DNA from: Microbacterium phage ChickenKing
Strand: one strand, 5' to 3'
Sequence record: MN310543.1
DNA length: 24,000 bases
The translations under genes and the position numbers were made by a program. Within the stretch, counting starts at the first letter, position 1. Every line of letters begins with the position of its first letter. Shown one piece after another: positions 9,454-15,775 of this stretch. Below the pieces are notes generated by a model. That model saw only the letters and a program-made list of their open reading frames with translations, ran no database searches and was not told the origin of the DNA.

Positions 9454-9454
9454 C

Positions 9455-11584
9455 ATGGGACACCGGGTGACTCTCTGGCACGCGGCGAACACCGTGCGCA
9501 CGGCTGGCGTCCTCGACCGCTACGGTGACATGATCGACGATGTGTTCCTGGTGGCCTACGAGCTGCGCACGACGGGCCTTGTCAACCTGAACATCCAGAA
9601 CACCGTCGAGGCTGCTCGGGCCAAGTGGCCCCGGATCCGCTGGTGGCTGACCATCCAGTGCTTCTCCAGTGCAGCCTGGAAGATGCTGGCCACCGATGCC
9701 ACGTTCCGGGCCAACATCCTCAGCCAGATGGAGGCCATCTACGCGGCTTACCCCTGGCTCTACGGCATTGACCTGGACGCTGAGGGCTTCGGCAGCAACA
9801 TGACCACGGCCGAGGCGATGGCAGGGTATCGCACCCTCGGTGACCACGCGCGCTCCCACGGGAAGAAGGTCTGCGCGGCCTTGCCTGCTGCCACCGAGGG
9901 CAACTACAGCGTCGGCGGTGAGAACTGGCTGGACTACGCGCTCTTCGGCGCTTACTTTGACCATGTGGCCATCATGACCTATGACTTCGCCTGGTCCGGC
10001 TCTGCACCTGGCCCGATCGCCCCGCGCTTCTGGCTCCAGAACGTCATGGACTGGACGGTGAGCCAGATCGACCCGAAGAAGGTCATCATGGGAGTGCCTG
10101 CCTACGGGCAGAACTGGAGCATCCACGCTCCCATCGAAGACCTCCCCGGCTACCCCGGCTGGCCGTACCGGGGCAACTCTGGCGCGTACTACTGGTTCTG
10201 GTTCATGGCTACCGGTCAGTGGGGTCCGATGTCGGGTGATAGTGGCCCGGTCTGGGCTCAGCCCCGTGCGAGCTGGTTCACGTACCGTGACATCGAGACC
10301 AACAGCCCCTTCATCCTGGTGGGGGTCTACTGGTGGTCCACGGCATCCCACATCACCGGACAGTCTGGGATGACTGCCACGTCGTACAACGGCAAGCCGT
10401 ACCTGACCCGCTATGGTCGTGCGGCGGCGGAGACGGTGGGAGAGCTGGCCGACCAGCGTGCCACGACGCAGTACCTCGAGCACAGCGTCAAGCCTCAGCA
10501 GATCATCGACTCGAACGGTCACTGGCACAACCAGGACGTGCACAACCTGACCATCGAGGTACTCCAGCGTGACCCTCAGTCGGCCACGATCATGGACGAC
10601 GACTGTGCGAACACCGGCGCGCTCGGCATCTACTACACTCGCACCGGAGCCGCTTGGACTCACTGGCGTCGGGGCGACCCGATGATGAACCCCCGTACCT
10701 ACGGTCAGTACCGTGTGGCCGGGGCAGGCAAGCTCTCCCTCACGGCTCTCCCGACTGGTCGCGAGGTCCACGTACAGGGTCGCTTCCAGCTTCCGGCCGC
10801 TGGTCGTGCCGGTGTCTTCGTCGGCTCCTTCGAGGCCACGGTGAACCAGAACGGGGTCGTCCAGCTCACGCGTAACGGCACGGTCCTGGCCACATACAAC
10901 GGGTCGGCACCGGGCACCAGCACCGTTCCTGGTCAGGCTCAGGCGGTCATCGGTCTGCGTGTGCGTGGCAACCGTGCCCGTGTCTACTACGCGCGCACCG
11001 AGAACAGCGTCCCCCTCCGAATCGACTACACCGACTCGGGCTACGTGCCGGGAGACGCAGGGATGCTCTCCACGAGTGGTGCGGCCTGGTTCGATCACGT
11101 TCGCTGGGGAGATGCCTGGTGGTACAACCCTCGCGAGGCGGTCGACGTGCAGATCGGCTCGCGCACCTTCCCGAACGTGGGCCGCATCCCGCGCTCCAGC
11201 GTGACCTGGGACAGCTTCAACCGCTTCCGGCCGAACACCGACGTGGAGGAGCGCGAGACGCGCACCAAGAGCATCTCCGCTGACTGGGAGTACATCCACC
11301 TCAAGAACATCGGCATCCCTGCTGGCCAGACCCGTGCCGTGCGAGTCATCCCGCGCGACATTGACTGCTGGGTCGCTACGATGTACCTCTGCGACCCTCG
11401 AGGAGCCAGCCTCTCCCACTACGCTGACGCGGAGTACATGGCGCACAGCCGTGACATCGCCCATCAGGTGTGGGGAGCGGCAGGCATCGCCGTCTGGCGT
11501 CTGGGTCAGGAGGACACAAGGTTCTGGGAGCGAGTCAAGGGTGGTCGGCTCGACCCGGATAACAGGATTCCCATCCTGGCATAA
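9455..11584 (+). CDS. Minor tail protein with glycoside hydrolase family 18-like domain
   Basis: 709 aa; [11 protein letters not shown] resembles the GH18 DG[ILV]D[ILV]DxE signature, with later [14 protein letters not shown] and [14 protein letters not shown] segments in GH18 order; C-terminal beta-rich modules. Confidence 0.68.
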   Translation: MGHRVTLWHAANTVRTAGVLDRYGDMIDDVFLVAYELRTTGLVNLNIQNTVEAARAKWPRIRWWLTIQCFSSAAWKMLATDATFRANILSQMEAIYAAYPWLYGIDLDAEGFGSNMTTAEAMAGYRTLGDHARSHGKKVCAALPAATEGNYSVGGENWLDYALFGAYFDHVAIMTYDFAWSGSAPGPIAPRFWLQNVMDWTVSQIDPKKVIMGVPAYGQNWSIHAPIEDLPGYPGWPYRGNSGAYYWFWFMATGQWGPMSGDSGPVWAQPRASWFTYRDIETNSPFILVGVYWWSTASHITGQSGMTATSYNGKPYLTRYGRAAAETVGELADQRATTQYLEHSVKPQQIIDSNGHWHNQDVHNLTIEVLQRDPQSATIMDDDCANTGALGIYYTRTGAAWTHWRRGDPMMNPRTYGQYRVAGAGKLSLTALPTGREVHVQGRFQLPAAGRAGVFVGSFEATVNQNGVVQLTRNGTVLATYNGSAPGTSTVPGQAQAVIGLRVRGNRARVYYARTENSVPLRIDYTDSGYVPGDAGMLSTSGAAWFDHVRWGDAWWYNPREAVDVQIGSRTFPNVGRIPRSSVTWDSFNRFRPNTDVEERETRTKSISADWEYIHLKNIGIPAGQTRAVRVIPRDIDCWVATMYLCDPRGASLSHYADAEYMAHSRDIAHQVWGAAGIAVWRLGQEDTRFWERVKGGRLDPDNRIPILA

Positions 11585-11612
11585 CGACCACCACCATAGA
11601 AGGAGAATCAAC

Positions 11613-12611
11613 ATGGCTAAGTTCTCGAGCCTGATCTCGGGCACGACTCCGGACCACGGCAAGAACCGTGGGAAGGACGAGAAGAAGACGCGTCTCATCG
11701 TCCATCACTGGGCGGGTACGGCTGGCGGCGACACGGCTCTCATGAAGCCGAAGGGCCAGAACAGCCGGGGCGACGTGTCGGCTTCGTACATCCTCTACTC
11801 GGACGGTCGCCTCATCGGCCAGGTGTCCGAGGACCTGTCGCCGTGGACCACGGGTCAGGCTGACTGGGGTTCGATCACGGTCGAGACCCAGAACGCGGCG
11901 AACGGTGGCATCTGGCCCATCGACCAGCGTGCCAAGGACAAGCTCGCACAGCTCATGGCGGACCTCTCGGACCGTCACGGCTGGGGTGAGCTGAAGCTCG
12001 GCACCAACGTCCGGATGCACCGGGAGTTCAACGCGACTGCCTGCCCCGGTCCGGACATGGTCAACAGCCTGCCCGCCATCATCGCGAAGGCGAACCAGCT
12101 CCGCAAGGGTGGCTCCGGCTCGAGCGGCGGAGGTCAGCCTGCCAGCGGCGGCACCTACACCGTCTCCAAGGGCGAGTCACTCTCGAGCATCGCGTCCAAG
12201 TACGGAACGACCTGGCAGGTGCTCCAGTCGCTGAACAACCTGTCCAACCCGAACAAGATCTACCCCGGCCAGAAGCTGGTGGTGCCCTCGGCTCCGTCCG
12301 GCGGCGGCTCTAAGCCCTCGCAGTCCCTCAGCGATGTGGCCAAGGCAGTCCTCCGGGGCGACTACGGCAACGGGGCTACCCGCGTGGCGAAGCTCCGCGC
12401 CGCTGGCTACGACCCGAACGAGGTCCAGGCAGAGGTCAACCGCCAGCTCTACGGCAACCCGAAGAGCTCGAGCGGCGGGGTCGACATCGACGGTCTGGCC
12501 CGCGCGGTCATCCGTGGGGACTACGGCAACGGCTCGGAGCGCCAGCGTCGTCTCGGCTCCAACTACTCGGCCGTGCAGAAGCGCGTGAACGAGATTCTCG
12601 CAGGCAAGTAA
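11613..12611 (+). CDS. Endolysin: N-acetylmuramoyl-L-alanine amidase + LysM + two CW_7-like repeats
   Basis: 332 aa, RBS aaggagaatcaac before ATG 11613; [13 protein letters not shown]…[11 protein letters not shown] (PGRP/amidase_2), [18 protein letters not shown]…[19 protein letters not shown] (LysM), [36 protein letters not shown] and [35 protein letters not shown] (CW_7-like). Confidence 0.92.
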   Translation: MAKFSSLISGTTPDHGKNRGKDEKKTRLIVHHWAGTAGGDTALMKPKGQNSRGDVSASYILYSDGRLIGQVSEDLSPWTTGQADWGSITVETQNAANGGIWPIDQRAKDKLAQLMADLSDRHGWGELKLGTNVRMHREFNATACPGPDMVNSLPAIIAKANQLRKGGSGSSGGGQPASGGTYTVSKGESLSSIASKYGTTWQVLQSLNNLSNPNKIYPGQKLVVPSAPSGGGSKPSQSLSDVAKAVLRGDYGNGATRVAKLRAAGYDPNEVQAEVNRQLYGNPKSSSGGVDIDGLARAVIRGDYGNGSERQRRLGSNYSAVQKRVNEILAGK

Positions 12612-12632
12612 CACAAGGAAGGAGCCTCTATC

Positions 12633-13028
12633 TTGCTTGAGGCAATTGAGCGCATCCTGGCGGCGGTCACCCCGCTCCTCGTGGCGGCGACCACGGTCTA
12701 CGGTGGCGTGCTCGTGGCGAAGATCAACAAGGTGAACAACAAGGTTGACAAGGTCCAGAAGGACATCATCACGAATCACGGAAGCAAGAACATCGGTGAC
12801 GCGATTGACCGCCTCTGGGAGAAGCTGGGGGTCGTCAGTGACAACCAGCAGGACCTCATCGAGAACGTGAAGAAGCTTCACGCTCAGGATGATGTGCTGG
12901 AAGGGCGGATGAGTGCCATGGAGCGCTTCTTCCATCCCAGGAGCGCTCGTCACTACACTGGCCCGGTGCTCAACCAGACCCCGGCCACACAGAAAGGGCG
13001 GAAGCCCTGGATCAGGAGAAGGAAGTAG
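12633..13028 (+). CDS. Membrane-anchored coiled-coil protein, lysis cassette (holin/DUF2746-like)
   Basis: TTG start with aaggaaggag RBS; single N-terminal TM (LAAVTPLLVAATTVYGGVLVA) followed by a heptad-rich region. Confidence 0.65.
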   Translation: MLEAIERILAAVTPLLVAATTVYGGVLVAKINKVNNKVDKVQKDIITNHGSKNIGDAIDRLWEKLGVVSDNQQDLIENVKKLHAQDDVLEGRMSAMERFFHPRSARHYTGPVLNQTPATQKGRKPWIRRRK

Positions 13029-13030
13029 AA

Positions 13031-13387
13031 ATGGAAATCGTGACCACCCTCGCAACCATCCCGGCCATCATCGCACTCGTGACGCTCGCGAAGGACCTCG
13101 GCCTCCGGTCGACCTACGCCAGCATCCTGGCGATCCTGCTCGGTGTGGCCCTGGCCGTCTTCGACCTGTTCGCGCTCAGCGACGTGCAGATCACGACTCA
13201 GGTGGTCCTCCAGACCATCGGCACGGGCATCATCCTGGGTCTCTCGGCGGCGGGTCTCTACGACGGTGCCAAGGCCATCGGGAGCAAGGCTCAGCCGACC
13301 ACGGTGGTCGTGCAGGAGGACCCGGCTACGGCACCCACTACCCAGGGTGCCCCGGCGACCCAGCGCGACGCAGGCGGTCTCTTCTGA
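13031..13387 (+). CDS. Putative holin
   Basis: 118 aa, 2-3 hydrophobic segments, immediately after the endolysin and DUF2746-like gene. Confidence 0.7.
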   Translation: MEIVTTLATIPAIIALVTLAKDLGLRSTYASILAILLGVALAVFDLFALSDVQITTQVVLQTIGTGIILGLSAAGLYDGAKAIGSKAQPTTVVVQEDPATAPTTQGAPATQRDAGGLF

Positions 13388-13398
13388 GATAGGCCACG

Positions 13399-13431
13399 GG
13401 GGTCTGGTGTGGTACAATAGCACCAGACCCC
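13399..13431 (+). promoter_or_regulatory. Perfect 11-bp hairpin (GGGGTCTGGTG / CACCAGACCCC) with an 11-nt loop containing TGGTACAAT (extended -10-like)
   Basis: Arms 13399-13409 and 13421-13431; TACAAT at 13413-13418 preceded by TGG. Confidence 0.5.
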
Positions 13432-13489
13432 TCCCCTTGACACCGATAGCAGAGCGGCTCTCTGCCAACTCAAACAGAAAGGGCCTCTA

Positions 13490-13885
13490 ATGGCTTCTCC
13501 CTGTGCATCCTACCCGAACTACGACCTGTACTGCAACGTCGGCGGCACGTTCCGAGCCAACGGTGCCATCCAGCACTTCTCGACGAGCCGCTCGCACAAC
13601 AAGAGCACCTACGCGAGCGTGACGGTGTCGTACTCGGAGCTTCTCAACGCGAACGGCACGATCGCCGTGGCGAACGCGAACTCCCGCTGGCGTCTGGGCT
13701 TCCGGAGTACCCGGACCGGGACCGTCTACTGGACCAGCAAGGGCAACTACAACATCTGGTCGGCCAACATTCCGACCGGTCAGTCGTACACGATCTCGTG
13801 CCAGTCCTACAACAACGAGGACTCGTCGGTCACGGGTCCGCGCAAGATTCGCTTCGGCGGCTCCGGCGCGAACATGCAGTTCTGA
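13490..13885 (+). CDS. Hypothetical protein, orphan gene after the lysis cassette
   Basis: 131 aa, agaaaggg RBS-like sequence before ATG 13490; beta-strand-rich sequence; own upstream hairpin and downstream terminator. Confidence 0.75.
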   Translation: MASPCASYPNYDLYCNVGGTFRANGAIQHFSTSRSHNKSTYASVTVSYSELLNANGTIAVANANSRWRLGFRSTRTGTVYWTSKGNYNIWSANIPTGQSYTISCQSYNNEDSSVTGPRKIRFGGSGANMQF

Positions 13886-13901
13886 TCTGCTGAACAACTA
13901 G

Positions 13902-13937
13902 AAGAGCCTCCCCTACCTGCTGGCGGGGGAGGCTCTT
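13902..13937. terminator. Bidirectional intrinsic-type terminator between convergent operons
   Basis: 12-bp perfect stem AAGAGCCTCCCC / GGGGAGGCTCTT with a 12-nt loop, located between convergent ORFs ending at 13885 (+) and 13950 (-). Confidence 0.85.
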
Positions 13938-13949
13938 CGCTTGCTTGGC

Positions 13950-14195
13950 TTAGAACAGGCGACCCTGGTTCAGGAGACGCGTGCGGCGGAGGATGGTGTC
14001 GACCGACTCGGGGTCGCGGAGCTTGGCGAGGAAGTTGTCCGCGCCGCTGGCGTTGAGGCTGAGGGCCTCCTTGACCCGCTCACGGGCGACCTGGAGGCTG
14101 GTGATGATGAGAGCCTTGTCGGTGTGGCCACCGAGCTCCTTGACGAGCTCGATGGTGATGCCGTCGTTGACGGTGATCTTGGTGGTGATGTCCAT
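13950..14195 (-). CDS. Small hypothetical protein
   Basis: 81 aa, ATG 14195 preceded by TAGGAGCACCTA; downstream of promoter element P1. Confidence 0.75.
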   Translation of the reverse strand: MDITTKITVNDGITIELVKELGGHTDKALIITSLQVARERVKEALSLNASGADNFLAKLRDPESVDTILRRTRLLNQGRLF

Positions 14196-14241
14196 TAGGT
14201 GCTCCTAGGGTAGTTGGACGGGTACTGCTTCGAACAAGTTG

Positions 14242-14271
14242 ATTATTGCACGAATTCGAGGTTCAGCGCAA
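14242..14271 (-). promoter_or_regulatory. Repeated promoter-like element P1 (TTGCGC-18-AATAAT)
   Basis: Minus strand GGGCTTGCGCtgaacctcgaattcgtgcAATAATCAACTTGTTCG; about 45 nt upstream of ATG 14195. Confidence 0.75.
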
Positions 14272-14277
14272 GCCCGG

Positions 14278-14430
14278 TCAGAGGCTGTGGGACACCTGGA
14301 CCTCGACGTAGTCGAACTCGTCGTTCTCGCCGTTCGGGTAGTCCTCGATCCAACGCTGTGCGCGGTTCTTGCTACCAGTGTGTGCCACGACGAAGGCCTC
14401 GCCCTTGGAGTAACCGATGATGATGTGCAT
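14278..14430 (-). CDS. Small hypothetical protein, 50 aa (not in supplied ORF track)
   Basis: MHIIIGYSKGEAFVVAHTGSKNRAQRWIEDYPNGENDEFDYVEVQVSHSL*; ATG 6 nt after the -10 of P2, stop TGA at 14278-14280. Confidence 0.7.
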   Translation of the reverse strand: MHIIIGYSKGEAFVVAHTGSKNRAQRWIEDYPNGENDEFDYVEVQVSHSL

Positions 14431-14436
14431 AAGGTG

Positions 14437-14465
14437 ATTATTGCTCACCTTCAGGATTTACGCAA
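14437..14465 (-). promoter_or_regulatory. Repeated promoter-like element P2 (TTGCGT-17-AATAAT)
   Basis: Minus strand GGGCTTGCGTaaatcctgaaggtgagcAATAATCACCTTATG. Confidence 0.75.
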
Positions 14466-14603
14466 GCCCTCGTTCACGAGTGCCGCTGTGATCTCCAGGG
14501 TCTTCTCCAGGAGCTTGAGCCGGGTAGGCTCGTCGATGCCCCGGAGCCGGACAGCCCGCTGTTCCGGGGTCATCTTGATGAGCTGGTTGAGGGTGACGCT
14601 CAC
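14451..14603 (-). CDS. Small hypothetical protein, 50 aa (not in supplied ORF track)
   Basis: MSVTLNQLIKMTPEQRAVRLRGIDEPTRLKLLEKTLEITAALVNEGLRKS*; GTG start overlaps upstream TGA (GTGA). Confidence 0.72.
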   Translation of the reverse strand: MSVTLNQLIKMTPEQRAVRLRGIDEPTRLKLLEKTLEITAALVNEGLRKS

Positions 14604-15442
14604 AGCCAGACCGCCTTCGCGGGACGGGCACCGAAGCCGAAGTCGGCGTCGTCGCTGGCGGTGATGGTGTATGTGGCCTGGAGACGACGACCCTTGGCGG
14701 AGTCGAGCCAGAAGCCCTCGCCCTGGAAGTTGTCGAACAGGTCGTCAGCCAGAGCCGTGGGGAGGGTAGCGTAGACGCGGAAGCCACGGTCGTCGCGGAT
14801 GACAACCTTGTAGGAAGTGCCGTAGTCCGACTCCTTGACCTTGGTGGAGATGATCTCGCCGGTGACAACCTGGCGACCCAGCAGGACCGGGGTCTCAGCG
14901 GCCTTAGCGGTCTTCTCAGCCTCGCTGGCGGCGAACTTGCGGACAGCGGCGACCATGTTGTCGGTGAGGCCGCTCTCGCTAGCGTTGAAGAGCTTGCCAG
15001 CCATCGTGCGGAGGAAACCGTTGGTGCGCTGGATGACCCGGTAGTCGCCCGTGGCGTAGGCTTCGTTCTCGTCGTCGTACGTCTTCTGCAGGAGCGCCAC
15101 GACCTCGGGGTCGGTAGCCTTCAGCGCGGCCACACGAGCGTCGCGGGCATCCTGTGCGGCCTGAACCTTGGCCTGAGCCTTACGCTCACGCTGTGCGCGG
15201 CGGACGGCACGCTCGTGGCACCAGCGCTCAGCGACCGCGCGGTCGGAGCCGATGTGCTCGCCGAGCTTCTCAGCCGTGTTGTCACAGGTGTAGCACCGGC
15301 TGTGCTCGCCGTTGTGCGAGTAGTGGCCCTCGCCACCACAGCGGCGGCATCCCTTGTAGAACTCGCCCTCGAACTCGAGGTAGTAGAAACCCTCGTGCTC
15401 GATGAAGGTGGGGTTGATGGGAGTGAAGCGCGTGTTGTTCAT
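14600..15442 (-). CDS. Hypothetical protein with N-terminal Cys-rich (zinc-ribbon-like) motif
   Basis: 280 aa from ATG 15442 (MNNTRFTPINPTF…CRRCGGEGHYSHNGEHSRCYTC…); the ORF-track start at 15460 lies inside promoter element P3. Confidence 0.8.
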   Translation of the reverse strand: MNNTRFTPINPTFIEHEGFYYLEFEGEFYKGCRRCGGEGHYSHNGEHSRCYTCDNTAEKLGEHIGSDRAVAERWCHERAVRRAQRERKAQAKVQAAQDARDARVAALKATDPEVVALLQKTYDDENEAYATGDYRVIQRTNGFLRTMAGKLFNASESGLTDNMVAAVRKFAASEAEKTAKAAETPVLLGRQVVTGEIISTKVKESDYGTSYKVVIRDDRGFRVYATLPTALADDLFDNFQGEGFWLDSAKGRRLQATYTITASDDADFGFGARPAKAVWL

Positions 15443-15448
15443 GAGTTG

Positions 15449-15477
15449 ATTTTTGCACACATCTAGAAGTAGCGCAA
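15449..15477 (-). promoter_or_regulatory. Repeated promoter-like element P3 (TTGCGC-17-AAAAAT)
   Basis: Minus strand GGGTTTGCGCtacttctagatgtgtgcAAAAATCAACTCATG. Confidence 0.72.
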
Positions 15478-15491
15478 ACCCAAATCAGGAA

Positions 15492-15773
15492 TTAGAGACC
15501 CTTACCGTACATGACGATGTCGAGGAAGAACAGAAGCGCGTACATGGAAGCCTTGAAAGCTTCGTCGCCGTAGATGCTCCACCAGATGAGGAAGCACACC
15601 ACGACGGTGAGAGCGAGCACGGCCAGCAGGACGGGAATCCAGAGCAGGACGCCGAGCACCTTGTTCCAGACCGGGTGAGCCTCGGGAGCGCGGAACTCCT
15701 CGAGCTCAGCCTCGGTGAAGGTGAGCAGGTCGTCGAAGGAAGTGACAGGACGGGGATCGATGTTGGTAGCCAT
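15492..15773 (-). CDS. Small membrane protein (two predicted TM segments)
   Basis: 93 aa; VLGVLLWIPVLLAVLALTVVVCFLIWW and ASMYALLFFLDIVMYG; RBS CAGGAGTAATCATG. Confidence 0.75.
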   Translation of the reverse strand: MATNIDPRPVTSFDDLLTFTEAELEEFRAPEAHPVWNKVLGVLLWIPVLLAVLALTVVVCFLIWWSIYGDEAFKASMYALLFFLDIVMYGKGL

Positions 15774-15775
15774 GA

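Noticed and set aside
9434-11698. 754-aa minus-strand ORF opposite the GH18-like tail gene
   Set aside because: Antisense shadow ORF in high-GC sequence. The plus-strand ORF has recognisable motifs, contiguous operon context and start/stop coupling.
13437-13442. TTGACA (-35 consensus) after the holin
   Set aside because: No A/T-rich -10 hexamer 16-18 nt downstream (ctctgc/tctgcc), so it is not supported as a promoter alone.
14239-14664. 141-aa plus-strand ORF across the small-gene cluster
   Set aside because: Crosses two promoter elements and is antisense to two coherently spaced small genes; no RBS and unnatural composition.
14458-14868. 136-aa minus-strand ORF rich in Ser/Arg/Pro/Thr
   Set aside because: Out-of-frame reading overlapping the well-supported 280-aa gene and the GTG-initiated 50-aa gene. 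Low-complexity composition indicates a shadow ORF.
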